The translations under genes and the position numbers were made by a program. The notes beneath the pieces were generated by a model. It was not told the DNA's origin, searched no databases, and worked only from the letters and a program-made list of their open reading frames with translations. A DNA stretch of 63,068 bases from a virus (Duplodnaviria > Caudoviricetes): IMG/VR virus record IMGVR_UViG_3300025325_000021, positions 1 through 63,068 of that record; one strand, written 5' to 3'. Within the stretch, counting starts at the first letter, position 1. Each line of letters opens with the position of its first letter. Below, in pieces: positions 35,435 to 44,124 of this stretch.

Positions 35435-35665
35435 ATGACCCTGACAATCACAAACACCTGGGACTATGGATTATGGCCGCTTGAGCGAGCGCACCTGCGT
35501 TTCGAGATCGACCAGACGGGACGCAGGGTGTTGATCGACTTCAACGGGGCAGAGCGAATCGTAGAAACCAGGCCGGTCAAAAAGCCGCGCGGCGGCAATA
35601 CTCGGAGACTCGGAAAGTATGATTGGGAATGGTTGAACGGACGATGGGTGCGAAAGTTCCTCTAA
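35435..35665 (+). CDS. Hypothetical protein
   Basis: GGGAGG RBS. Confidence 0.6.
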   Translation: MTLTITNTWDYGLWPLERAHLRFEIDQTGRRVLIDFNGAERIVETRPVKKPRGGNTRRLGKYDWEWLNGRWVRKFL

Positions 35666-35934
35666 GCCTCTATGATCTCGCCTCCAGGGTAAATCCCTGG
35701 GAGATACTACCCGATTCCGGGCGTGTAATCTGGAAGGGCAAGAACGGGGCGTTCGCATTTTTGTTTCATCGTCCGAACGGGACGATAAAGTTATACGTCC
35801 CCACCTACGGGTACGATAACGGACTATTGTTTTGGCAGCTCGATGACAGTAAACCGGTCTTTCGTAAGGCAGACCGGGACGAATATGAAGAATGGAGGCG
35901 AAGGTGTCTTACCAGTCAGAACACAGAAGAATGA
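35623..35934 (+). CDS. Hypothetical protein (start uncertain)
   Basis: ATGA-coupled to the next gene. Confidence 0.5.
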   Translation: MGMVERTMGAKVPLSLYDLASRVNPWEILPDSGRVIWKGKNGAFAFLFHRPNGTIKLYVPTYGYDNGLLFWQLDDSKPVFRKADRDEYEEWRRRCLTSQNTEE

Positions 35935-36332
35935 AGCCAGTCCTGAGAAAAGCCGAGGAGCTTGACATCGGGACTAATTCAGTCCCTGAGGCGATCTATG
36001 AAGGTCATCTCGCCGCGGTGTCAGTGTGGTGTACGCCGGAAGATCATCCCGAGGGCTGGGATGGTGTAATGATGACCGCCATCGCCGGGATGTTCACCAA
36101 GAAAAGCGCATACGTTGGCTGCGCATCCTGGGTGTGGGCTGATGAGGAAATCGACAACCCAAAAATCATTGCCGTCAGAATCGAGACGGATGCCTACGCG
36201 TTACAGGATCGCTATGGTGGACCTTATAAACAGTGGAAAAACCGACCCGGCGACATTGCATGGATCACCCAAAAGATCACCGAGTTGTTTCAACTGGCTG
36301 GCGTGGAAATGCTGCCGGTCATCACCGATTGA
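35931..36332 (+). CDS. Hypothetical protein
   Basis: Coupled ORF. Confidence 0.6.
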   Translation: MKPVLRKAEELDIGTNSVPEAIYEGHLAAVSVWCTPEDHPEGWDGVMMTAIAGMFTKKSAYVGCASWVWADEEIDNPKIIAVRIETDAYALQDRYGGPYKQWKNRPGDIAWITQKITELFQLAGVEMLPVITD

Positions 36333-36334
36333 TC

Positions 36335-36376
36335 TTTACAGAAGATCATTATTATATTATAATATCAGCAGGACAG
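36335..36376 (+). promoter_or_regulatory. Sigma70-type promoter (variant family member)
   Basis: TTTACA-17-TATAAT followed by CAGGACA. Confidence 0.65.
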
Positions 36377-36385
36377 GAGGCAGGC

Positions 36386-36889
36386 ATGGAACTAAAGCTC
36401 CCGGAAGAAATCAGGATGGACACATCTTACGATGAATTGTATGTCATCGAAAACGATTGGTTAGTATGGGCTGACAGCGTTGGCATCTATCGCCGGTTGG
36501 CTGACATCGTACTGTATCTCGGAGATGATGTAACCTTCAAACAGCCCTACGGCTGGAATATCATGCCGGTGCTTGAGGTAATCAAGAGGGATAAGTTTTC
36601 CGTGACAGTTGTTACCCTGGCGTTCAGGATTGGGGAGCACATCAAGGGAAATGAATATGACAGGTACTTTGCCTTGACGGTAACATCGAATGACTTGACC
36701 GTTTGCCGTGTGCATCTGCGCGAGAACCGTCCCGTCCAGGTAGCGACCTTTGTTTACGGCAAATGGATCGCTCTGCTCCTGAAGCTTGAGGAGCAAGCAA
36801 CAGCGATCAAAGACAAAAACGCTGTAATAAACGCCGAACAGCAACAGCAGGTCAAGCTCCGGCAAATGTTGGCCGGGCAGGAGGTGTAG
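36386..36889 (+). CDS. Hypothetical protein
   Basis: AGGAGG RBS. Confidence 0.7.
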   Translation: MELKLPEEIRMDTSYDELYVIENDWLVWADSVGIYRRLADIVLYLGDDVTFKQPYGWNIMPVLEVIKRDKFSVTVVTLAFRIGEHIKGNEYDRYFALTVTSNDLTVCRVHLRENRPVQVATFVYGKWIALLLKLEEQATAIKDKNAVINAEQQQQVKLRQMLAGQEV

Positions 36890-37288
36890 GTGTCCGAAAT
36901 AGGTTACGTTATCCATCCCCCCGTTATGCTCCCCGCGGCGTTGTACGCCAAGTTCGAACAGACGAGGGCGGAGCTACGGGCTAAGCGATCAGGGTTTACC
37001 AGGGCGATCGTTTACCAGATGAATCTCAATGGTGCGATCAAGGAAATCCCATCCTGGCTGAAATCTGGATGGGGACGTTTTCCGGCAAAGCTCAGCGCGT
37101 TCCTGGTTGCGGAGAATTTCCTGGAAGCAGAGGACAAGGCCGCCGCCAGGATCGGGGCAAACCGGTCGGAGTACGTCCGAGCTTGTTTGGCTATGTATCT
37201 ATCAGTAAAGGAGGAACTATCAGAGACAAAAGAAGAAGACAAAGAATTGACCATTGGACAGCAAAAATCTTATGAAAAGGAACAGTGA
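36890..37288 (+). CDS. Possible ribbon-helix-helix DNA-binding protein
   Basis: 'KRSGFTRAIV' and 'DKAAARIGANRSEYVRACLAMYL' are RHH-like segments. Confidence 0.55.
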   Translation: MSEIGYVIHPPVMLPAALYAKFEQTRAELRAKRSGFTRAIVYQMNLNGAIKEIPSWLKSGWGRFPAKLSAFLVAENFLEAEDKAAARIGANRSEYVRACLAMYLSVKEELSETKEEDKELTIGQQKSYEKEQ

Positions 37289-37289
37289 A

Positions 37290-38132
37290 ATGACAATCCA
37301 GGTAACTCAAGATCAAATAAATGCGATCAACGAAGGATTCGCACAGGGCGGGGTAAGGTTGCCCTTCCCGGTGTTGTACCTGCGTTGGCGCAACGGCAAG
37401 CAGGAACTATCCGATCTTAAAGACGCCCGCCACTTTGGCGGGTGGGAAGTGGACGGCGAGGCCGTGGGTGAATACCTCGCCATGACCGGGCTTTCCGGCT
37501 TACCACATGGCTTCTCTGCCATAACAGCCGTCCCCAAGTCGGGCGGAGAATACACAGCCTACGTTAGCCGATGGATTGGGTTCGCCCCAATCGGACAGCG
37601 AAAACGCTGGCGCAAGAACGAGCAAGGAAGGGCATACAGCCACGTACAGATCCTGGGATTGGTGGCTGACTTCGAGCCAAAAAAGAAAGTCTATTCCGCC
37701 TGGGGAAACGTGGTGCTAACTGCAACCGGACTGAGCGCCCAAGCTATCGAGGACGCGTTGCAGAAGTTCTCCGCCGCAACCGCGGTGTCACGGCAGCAAC
37801 ACGCACCAGGCGTCCCGGCGTACTTCTTTTGGCATCCCCTGGGTACGTTCGGGGAGTTCCAAGCAAAGCTGGTTGGCAAAGGCAACAACCGCTCGCCGAT
37901 CACGCCATGCCAGGTTCACCTCCCTGACCAGGTCGGAGAGGATCACCTGAGCAAGTGGTTCGTGGGTGCCGAGTCCGTCGAGGCTATGGTGGCGCTCAAA
38001 CGCCAGGCTGACAGTTGGCTCTCAGCCGATTCCTGGAAGCGGGGCGAGGAGGGCGAGGGCGGCGAAAGCGGCCCGGAGAACTTCCCAGCCGAGTACGATG
38101 ACCACTACCAGGGCGATGAGGTGCCGTTCTAA
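37290..38132 (+). CDS. Putative ssDNA-binding or recombination protein
   Basis: Acidic C-terminal tail ending 'DDHYQGDEVPF', like the SSB tip. Confidence 0.55.
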   Translation: MTIQVTQDQINAINEGFAQGGVRLPFPVLYLRWRNGKQELSDLKDARHFGGWEVDGEAVGEYLAMTGLSGLPHGFSAITAVPKSGGEYTAYVSRWIGFAPIGQRKRWRKNEQGRAYSHVQILGLVADFEPKKKVYSAWGNVVLTATGLSAQAIEDALQKFSAATAVSRQQHAPGVPAYFFWHPLGTFGEFQAKLVGKGNNRSPITPCQVHLPDQVGEDHLSKWFVGAESVEAMVALKRQADSWLSADSWKRGEEGEGGESGPENFPAEYDDHYQGDEVPF

Positions 38133-38512
38133 TGGCCGCCACAGTCATGCCAAAGACTATCCAGGTTACCTATGAACGAAAAGTAAACCTGGGCAATTAC
38201 AATAGCGTAACCTTTGGTGGTACAGTTTGGGCTGATATTGTCCATGACCTGAGCAATAACCCAAAGGAGGCGGTGTCCGTGACGGAGCAGGCATTTCGGG
38301 AGCTTCAAGAATCCATGCGCGAGCTGGTCAAGATTGAGGCCATGAAGCTCTGGACCACAATTGCCAGGAGCCGGGCAACTAACGGAATGACCCCCGTCCA
38401 GATGGAGAAGGAGGGGATCGACCCCAAGCTCGCCCTCTGCTACCTAGCGGAGCATGTCGGGATGTTTGATGAGGAGGGAGAGCCAATCCCACCAATAGAC
38501 AACCCGGCATAG
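38132..38512 (+). CDS. Hypothetical protein
   Basis: TAATG coupling; 'VTYERKVNLGNYNS'. Confidence 0.65.
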   Translation: MAATVMPKTIQVTYERKVNLGNYNSVTFGGTVWADIVHDLSNNPKEAVSVTEQAFRELQESMRELVKIEAMKLWTTIARSRATNGMTPVQMEKEGIDPKLALCYLAEHVGMFDEEGEPIPPIDNPA

Positions 38513-38527
38513 AACCTTAACAAAACA

Positions 38528-38640
38528 TGCGGGGCGGCGTGGTGCGAACATGCTGAAAAGCTCAAGGGATAGACTTCGGCTTACGCAGACTTGGCTTGAC
38601 ATGCAGTCTATCTAAGCAGGTTCAAATCCTGCCCCCGCAA
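38528..38640 (+). ncRNA. tRNA-like RNA with no canonical anticodon arm
   Basis: Acceptor stem TGCGGGG/CCCCGCA, D-like stem GCGTG/CATGC, T-arm GCAGG-TTCAAAT-CCTGC, central stem GATAGACT/AGTCTATC. Confidence 0.6.
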
Positions 38641-38842
38641 CTTGGCGGGCATCGTACTTCAGGATGGGATGGTGAGGAGTGGGGCTACGAAGAACCGAGC
38701 ATCCAGGAGATCATGGCGCTCGGGATTCGTCCCAACCTGGTACCGGCAAAAACTGGACAGCCATCAATGTTTTGACCCCCCCCTACCCCAATGACGTGTC
38801 GGGGCAGGTGAGAATCCACGAAGGAATGAGGACGGACACAAG

Positions 38843-39079
38843 ATGCAAAAGATATATTCGAAAGACCGCGTGATCGAAAGCATAGTAAGTCTGGTCGCCT
38901 TAATGGGTAACCAGGCAAAAGCCGCTGAGCGCCTGGGCGTCTCAGATTCGTATCTATCCGAGGTCATCCGGGGAACGCGTGACCCGGGTTATAAAATCCT
39001 GACCGGCCTGGGGTGGCGCAAAGTCGTCGGGTACGTCCCGGAGTCAATCGCACAGGCTAAAGAGGCCAAACTGAAATGA
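38843..39079 (+). CDS. Cro/XRE-type HTH regulator
   Basis: 'NQAKAAERLGVSDSYLSEVIRGTRDPG.KIL..LG'. Confidence 0.85.
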   Translation: MQKIYSKDRVIESIVSLVALMGNQAKAAERLGVSDSYLSEVIRGTRDPGYKILTGLGWRKVVGYVPESIAQAKEAKLK

Positions 39080-39711
39080 TCGAAGAACCCCGGCTGGGTG
39101 CGCTCCTGATGCTCTGGCTCGCTGCATTGACCTTCACGGGGATCGGGTGGAGGACAGACATCCCCGATTCGCTGGATTGGCTGCGCTTCGTTCTCCGGGG
39201 GTTTGCCGTTATCCTGGCTATCCTTGCAGTGATGATGACAGTCGATGCGTTTTGGGGTCGGGCAATCCGGAGGGCGCAGTCCTGGAACTACGCAAAGACA
39301 TCCCACCTGGTAAACCTGAGCAAGTCCCTCAAAGGATTGACGCCGCGCCAGACCGAGATCGTGACGCGCTATGACCCACTGTCTGTTGAGGGTTTATTGG
39401 GGTCGGACCGTGTTGTCGAATGGTTTCTCCGGGGAGAGCGTTTCTCAGTCCCCCTGGGGTTGGTGCAGGACTTCTTGGTCGCCAGCTACCCGACCAGCCC
39501 GCGTCTGTTCCCGATCCGCAGACACCCTGAGTTCAGCCGGGAGTATAACTGGACAAGCGCCGAGGACATGCTGACCGAGATCACCCGCCTACTGGTCAAT
39601 GCGGGGATGGCGGAGTATGACCGGGCAAACGCCTCCGCGGTGTTGATCGAAGGCATTACCTGGGACATACTGGCAGAGGGGTTCGGCGTGGAAAAGAATT
39701 GGTTGAGCTGA
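39076..39711 (+). CDS. Membrane protein (two N-terminal TM segments)
   Basis: ATGA coupling; hydrophobic segments. Confidence 0.65.
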   Translation: MIEEPRLGALLMLWLAALTFTGIGWRTDIPDSLDWLRFVLRGFAVILAILAVMMTVDAFWGRAIRRAQSWNYAKTSHLVNLSKSLKGLTPRQTEIVTRYDPLSVEGLLGSDRVVEWFLRGERFSVPLGLVQDFLVASYPTSPRLFPIRRHPEFSREYNWTSAEDMLTEITRLLVNAGMAEYDRANASAVLIEGITWDILAEGFGVEKNWLS

Positions 39712-39889
39712 GAGGCAAAAATGCGACAAAGGAAACGGTTATCAGGTACCAGGAAAATCAAAGTCTCCACTACATCTTTGTGGTGCGACGTGTGCTACCG
39801 CCAGCAAAATTTCGTCTTGCTCCGTTCCAGCCCTGGAAGCAGGATTGAAAAGTATAAGTGTCCAGAGTGCAGATTTGTAAAGGAATATC

Positions 39890-40090
39890 ATGTCTGAGAC
39901 GATGATCATAGCAATTTTTGTTTCGAGCATCTTGTTTTTGTTAATGGGATCAGTGCTCCGTGTAAGGTGGCTCGAAAAGTTTAGCAAGGAATTGTTGTCA
40001 GACCTAAAAAAAGAATACGACTCTCACGGAGAGGCCAGGCATAAGTTATGGAGGCTGCGCAACTTCGGGAATGTCGAGGAGAAAAACTGA
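39890..40090 (+). CDS. Small membrane protein
   Basis: AAGGA RBS; N-terminal TM segment. Confidence 0.55.
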   Translation: MSETMIIAIFVSSILFLLMGSVLRVRWLEKFSKELLSDLKKEYDSHGEARHKLWRLRNFGNVEEKN

Positions 40091-40524
40091 TGGAACCGGG
40101 ACACGGGCCACGAAATGAGATACGCCGCGGAATCTGGCGCAGCATGGTCGAGAAATATTACGGGACCGAGGATGCTGACCAAGTAAGATTCCGCACATTG
40201 GATGAGGCCGCCGTTGCGCGTATGAAGGTTGACATGGAAACCGATGCCCGCTGGCGATGGATGCAAATGTGGGTCTTCCGCCTTCTCCTGTTGGGAGTGG
40301 TAGGCTACCTGGCAGTTTTCGTCAAAGTGTTTCTATTTCCAGACATGGGATCAATGTGGTTCTACCAGTTAGCCCTCGATCCGCCGGTTTGCGATGCCGC
40401 AGGTAATTGCATCGGTACTCCGGGAGCGATCGGGGCATTCCTTTGTCTGGTCATCCCATTGGTCGGCGCAACACTGGCGTTTTGGCTGGTCAGCGTTTTC
40501 GGCGGAGGCGATAGCGATGCCTAG
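40090..40524 (+). CDS. Membrane protein
   Basis: GAGGAG RBS; two TM segments. Confidence 0.6.
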   Translation: MEPGHGPRNEIRRGIWRSMVEKYYGTEDADQVRFRTLDEAAVARMKVDMETDARWRWMQMWVFRLLLLGVVGYLAVFVKVFLFPDMGSMWFYQLALDPPVCDAAGNCIGTPGAIGAFLCLVIPLVGATLAFWLVSVFGGGDSDA

Positions 40525-40834
40525 ACGAATCCAACGTAAACGCACAAAGGGTTGGAGGATGCCCGCAAATACGGTCTACGTTGGCAGGCCAACGAAATGG
40601 GGTAATCCTTACAACAGCCAAAAAATGGGAATTGAACAAAGCGTAAAAGCCTTCCGTTTAGCGATTGAGGAAGTATCATGGTCAAACCACGTGGAAAAGT
40701 CATCTATCAGGGTAAAAGCCCTGGCACAGTCGGTCTGGGGGCGACAGGGATCAGGATTGGGGCATGGTGTCCTGACGAGAGAGCAGAAGCTCCGCCCGAG
40801 CAGGTGCATCTGCATTTCACACTTGAGGGATTAG
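40517..40834 (+). CDS. DUF4326-like protein, C-terminal part apparently lost
   Basis: 'MPRRIQRKRTKGWRMPANTVYVGRPTKWGNPY'; lacks the usual C-terminal CWC motif and overlaps the next ORF. Confidence 0.6.
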   Translation: MPRRIQRKRTKGWRMPANTVYVGRPTKWGNPYNSQKMGIEQSVKAFRLAIEEVSWSNHVEKSSIRVKALAQSVWGRQGSGLGHGVLTREQKLRPSRCICISHLRD

Positions 40835-40962
40835 AGGACATGCCGATGATCCTGCGTTTCAAAAGCCCGGATACGCTCGGGTTCCTGATCGAGGAATTGG
40901 AACGCTACCGGCGTTATGTCTGGCCGGAGGCCGAGCCTGTAAATTTAGAGGAAAGGAGGTGA
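40678..40962 (+). CDS. Hypothetical protein
   Basis: GAGG RBS. Confidence 0.6.
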   Translation: MVKPRGKVIYQGKSPGTVGLGATGIRIGAWCPDERAEAPPEQVHLHFTLEGLEDMPMILRFKSPDTLGFLIEELERYRRYVWPEAEPVNLEERR

Positions 40963-40967
40963 GAGCT

Positions 40968-41207
40968 ATGAAGGTGATCTGCCGTTTCAGGGTGAACGAG
41001 AAAGCCGAGGTCGAGCATTATCAACACGGCAACGCGTTCCGCATCAAGCTGCAAGGCGCTAAGTCCGAACCGTTCGGTTCGGCAACGCCCTCGGCTAACT
41101 GTGAAATGCTGATCGTTCCCCCGGATACCGCGGCCGAGTTTGAAGTAGGCAAATATTACCTTGCCACTTTTGAGCTTGACCTGGATCAAGAGCATCCGAA
41201 ATATTAA
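40968..41207 (+). CDS. Hypothetical protein
   Basis: AGGAGG RBS; 'FGSATPSA...FEVGKYYLATF'. Confidence 0.65.
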   Translation: MKVICRFRVNEKAEVEHYQHGNAFRIKLQGAKSEPFGSATPSANCEMLIVPPDTAAEFEVGKYYLATFELDLDQEHPKY

Positions 41208-41253
41208 TCAAGATTTGCCAAGCCCATCGAGGCAGAGGCAGATTGAAAGGCGA

Positions 41254-41496
41254 ATGAAACCAATTAACTTTCCGCAAGCCAACAAGACACTTTTGAAACC
41301 TGAGGGTATGACCGATGAAGAGTGTGGATCATTGCCGATCCATACGGACGGCGGAAAATGTTTGTCATTGTGGCATCTCTCATGGAGGGAGCGGCTCTCG
41401 GCTTTGTTTTTTGGCAAGGTTTGGCTGTGGGTTTACTCGGGGCAGACACAACCGCCGGTTGCGTTGATGGCCTATAGAGATGTGTTCGAAGAATAG
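41254..41496 (+). CDS. Hypothetical protein
   Basis: 'MKPINFPQAN...CGSLP...SLWHLSWRERLSALFFGKVWL...QPPV'. Confidence 0.65.
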   Translation: MKPINFPQANKTLLKPEGMTDEECGSLPIHTDGGKCLSLWHLSWRERLSALFFGKVWLWVYSGQTQPPVALMAYRDVFEE

Positions 41497-41515
41497 ATTG
41501 AGAGGAGGTGAAACA

Positions 41516-41725
41516 ATGAAAACTATGATTGTTCTTGAATTTGGAGATGACGAGGTTTTTATCTCAAAATTGACTAAAAAAGGTCAGGAGATCGTTTATG
41601 CGGATGATTATGAGGCATCCGAGGAAGCCAAAAAGATCTGGACTGATTGGGAAATAATAGATTTACCTCCCGTGGCAATCGAATTCTTAAAAAATACAAT
41701 TAATCAGCATCCGCAAAAAGAATGA
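41516..41725 (+). CDS. Hypothetical protein
   Basis: AGGAGG RBS. Confidence 0.6.
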   Translation: MKTMIVLEFGDDEVFISKLTKKGQEIVYADDYEASEEAKKIWTDWEIIDLPPVAIEFLKNTINQHPQKE

Positions 41726-41777
41726 CCTCGGGGCTATTGCTGAACGGTTGATAACTGCGATTATCGATTGAGGAATC

Positions 41778-42539
41778 ATGGGCGATAAATCAACGATCGA
41801 ATGGACAGACGCGACCTGGAATCCCTGGCGGGGCTGTCATAAGGTCAGCCAAGGCTGCAAGCATTGCTACATGTTCCGGGAGCAACGGATGTATGGCGCC
41901 GACCCGAACGTGGTGATGCGCTCGAAGACCACCTTCGAAGCGCCGCTGAAATGGAAAGATCCAAAAATGATCTTTACCTGCTCCTGGTCGGACTTCTTCA
42001 TCGAGGAGGCGGACGTGTGGCGCGATGAGGCCTGGGAAATCATCCGCCAAACCCCGCAGCATACTTACCAGATCTTGACAAAACGCCCGGAGCGGATACG
42101 AGATTGTTTGCCAGCAGCAACTTGCCAAGGGGATTGGTTCCCGCGCAACGTGTGGTGGGGTGTGTCGATCGAGAGCCAGGAGCACATCGAGCGCTGGTCT
42201 ATCCTGGACAGCGAGCTGCACTATCATATACCGGCGGTGATGTTCATTTCTGCTGAGCCATTGCTGGGACCACTTGACCTCTCCGGCGAGATGCAGGAGA
42301 TCGACGTGGGTGATGAAGAGCACAACTGGTGGACGCGGACACCGGACTGGATCATCGTCGGCGGGGAATCGGGACCGGATTACCGATCGATGGACCTGGA
42401 GTGGGCGCGCTCGATCCTGGCGCAGTGTAGAGAATACGAAGTTGCCTGCTTCGTCAAGCAGCTCGGTGGGTGGCCTAATAAACGGACGGACCTGTCAGAA
42501 TGGCCCGAGGATTTGCGAGTGAGAGAATGGCCGGAGTAA
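41778..42539 (+). CDS. Phage Gp37/Gp68 (DUF5131) radical-SAM-like protein
   Basis: 'IEWTDATWNPWRGCHKVSQGCKHCY', 'SDFF', 'QILTKRP', 'SAEPLLG', 'WIIVGGESG', 'FVKQLG'. Confidence 0.9.
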   Translation: MGDKSTIEWTDATWNPWRGCHKVSQGCKHCYMFREQRMYGADPNVVMRSKTTFEAPLKWKDPKMIFTCSWSDFFIEEADVWRDEAWEIIRQTPQHTYQILTKRPERIRDCLPAATCQGDWFPRNVWWGVSIESQEHIERWSILDSELHYHIPAVMFISAEPLLGPLDLSGEMQEIDVGDEEHNWWTRTPDWIIVGGESGPDYRSMDLEWARSILAQCREYEVACFVKQLGGWPNKRTDLSEWPEDLRVREWPE

Positions 42540-42895
42540 ACAAATGGCCTGGCTGCCCAAAATGCCGGCATCGGGTCGTGGTTCTCTATGAAGTGCATGA
42601 GGTTATTGTCGTGTGGGAGGCAGATAACACATGCCATGAGATCCCACCATCAAAGTCGCACGTTAGGGGTTTGTGCCGCAATTGCGGGCATGAATGGCGG
42701 CTGCGTGGCGTTCATTCAGTGAGCGAGAAATGGTTCAATCTATCCGTCAGCAGCGATCTTCCACAGGGATACGTAACCTGTCCTGTCTGCAAGGGAAGGT
42801 ACAAACGGACGAAAGATGGAAATCCTCGTCTCCACCGCCTGGATAAATTGATATGCCAGGGAGTTGGCAGTACGAGACGCTCAGGGTATTTTTAG
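42527..42895 (+). CDS. Zinc-ribbon protein
   Basis: CPKC, CRNC, CPVC. Confidence 0.55.
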   Translation: MAGVNKWPGCPKCRHRVVVLYEVHEVIVVWEADNTCHEIPPSKSHVRGLCRNCGHEWRLRGVHSVSEKWFNLSVSSDLPQGYVTCPVCKGRYKRTKDGNPRLHRLDKLICQGVGSTRRSGYF

Positions 42896-42898
42896 CCA

Positions 42899-43357
42899 AT
42901 GCTCAAAAACGCGCCTTCTGGACAAGCTCTGGACAGGGTGGAAAGGATTTATATGGTTTCCCTGGATAGTTACGGGTTGGGTGAGATTTTAGAGGCAATG
43001 GGGCTTCCGCCTACGATGCGCTCATTCGAGGTAATCGCTGTCGATCTGAGCATGCTTGCAGGGAAACGTCCGCCCTGGACCAAGAAGTACGTGCATAGCG
43101 TTTACCGGGGAGTCATCAATCCGAGCCAGGTTTTTCTCGCCGCGGTGTCGGCACTTGCCCAGGTAGTGGACGGCGTACCTCCGGGTGTTGCCGGGACAAG
43201 TCAGGTCACGGTCTTTGCAGATGTTACCGCCATTCCTGAGGGCGTCTTGATCCCGCGCGGGGCAAAGGTTATCAAGTGCGCCCGGCCAGGTTGCCCGGTG
43301 TGGTTCATCAGGATTCACCCACGGCAAAAATATCACGACCGGAGTTGTAGGCTATGA
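42899..43357 (+). CDS. Hypothetical protein with a C-terminal zinc-finger-like motif
   Basis: 'CARPGCPVWF..HPRQKYHDRSC'. Confidence 0.6.
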   Translation: MLKNAPSGQALDRVERIYMVSLDSYGLGEILEAMGLPPTMRSFEVIAVDLSMLAGKRPPWTKKYVHSVYRGVINPSQVFLAAVSALAQVVDGVPPGVAGTSQVTVFADVTAIPEGVLIPRGAKVIKCARPGCPVWFIRIHPRQKYHDRSCRL

Positions 43358-43824
43358 TCTTCATCGTTGAAGGGTATGTAGTGCCGTACGTGCGCATGAC
43401 GCATCGGAGCAAGTTCGCCAGTGACCGGGCGAAGCGTTATCTCAATTCCAAAGAGGCCACCGGATGGCAGATTAAAATGCAAATGATTCAAAATGGATGG
43501 TCGATGATCCCGAAGGGCACTCCCCTGGAAGTAAGTGTAGCTTTCCACGGATACGATCACACGTCTGACCTGTCCAACCTATACAAAGCGGTCGAGGACG
43601 CAATGAACGGCATAGTGTACTCAGATGACCGCTGGGTGGATAAGCAGTCAGCAGACCGCTATGCTCAACCTGAGAATCAGCGGGCGATAATCAAGGTCGG
43701 GGTCCTGCACGAATTTTCAACCGATCAATATGTGACAACTCTCCCCGCTAAAGCGGGGGAGCATCCCCGGAAACGCTCGCCCCAACGGGCCACGTTACCT
43801 CCGGGAGCCTGCGTCCCAGGCTGA
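43354..43824 (+). CDS. rusA: RusA-family Holliday junction resolvase; 3' end reads into the mini-IS
   Basis: 'SDLSNLYKAVEDAMNGIVYSDDRWV'. Confidence 0.85.
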   Translation: MIFIVEGYVVPYVRMTHRSKFASDRAKRYLNSKEATGWQIKMQMIQNGWSMIPKGTPLEVSVAFHGYDHTSDLSNLYKAVEDAMNGIVYSDDRWVDKQSADRYAQPENQRAIIKVGVLHEFSTDQYVTTLPAKAGEHPRKRSPQRATLPPGACVPG

Positions 43825-43908
43825 GAATAAACTAATTTTATCACAGAAAGGAGGAGTGCGCAATTCCCCATCCCCCCTGAAGGGGGGAGTACCCTTGCGC
43901 AATTTTCT
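43732..43908 (-). mobile_element. Non-autonomous IS200/IS605 derivative (177 bp)
   Basis: Hairpins CTCCCCGCT-AA-AGCGGGGGAG and TCCCCCCT-GA-AGGGGGGA. Boundaries are CCAT|AGAAAA and TCAC|. Contains a TG-n-TAAAAT -10 box. Confidence 0.8.
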
Positions 43909-44124
43909 ATGGCGATGACATCGGCAACTTTGCCGCACGACTTCATTCCCTCCGACGATGGGCGACTGCGCATCTGCAAGGTTTGCGGGTATGCCGTGTT
44001 CTGGACTGACGGCGTGCTGACCGTCCTGGCAGAGGGCGAGCCGGAGAAGCACGACGACCCGTTCGGCAGTCTGCCGCCCGAATTTGTGAGCTGGGCGGAG
44101 AGGTACTTCGATGGGCGGGAGTGA
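43909..44124 (+). CDS. Small CxxC protein, in frame with rusA if the mini-IS is removed
   Basis: ATG at the IS boundary; 'ICKVCG'. Confidence 0.55.
   Translation: MAMTSATLPHDFIPSDDGRLRICKVCGYAVFWTDGVLTVLAEGEPEKHDDPFGSLPPEFVSWAERYFDGRE

Noticed and set aside
38528-38640. Canonical tRNA gene or attP site
   Set aside because: No anticodon stem-loop can be assigned and no integrase was found; it is kept only as a tRNA-like RNA.
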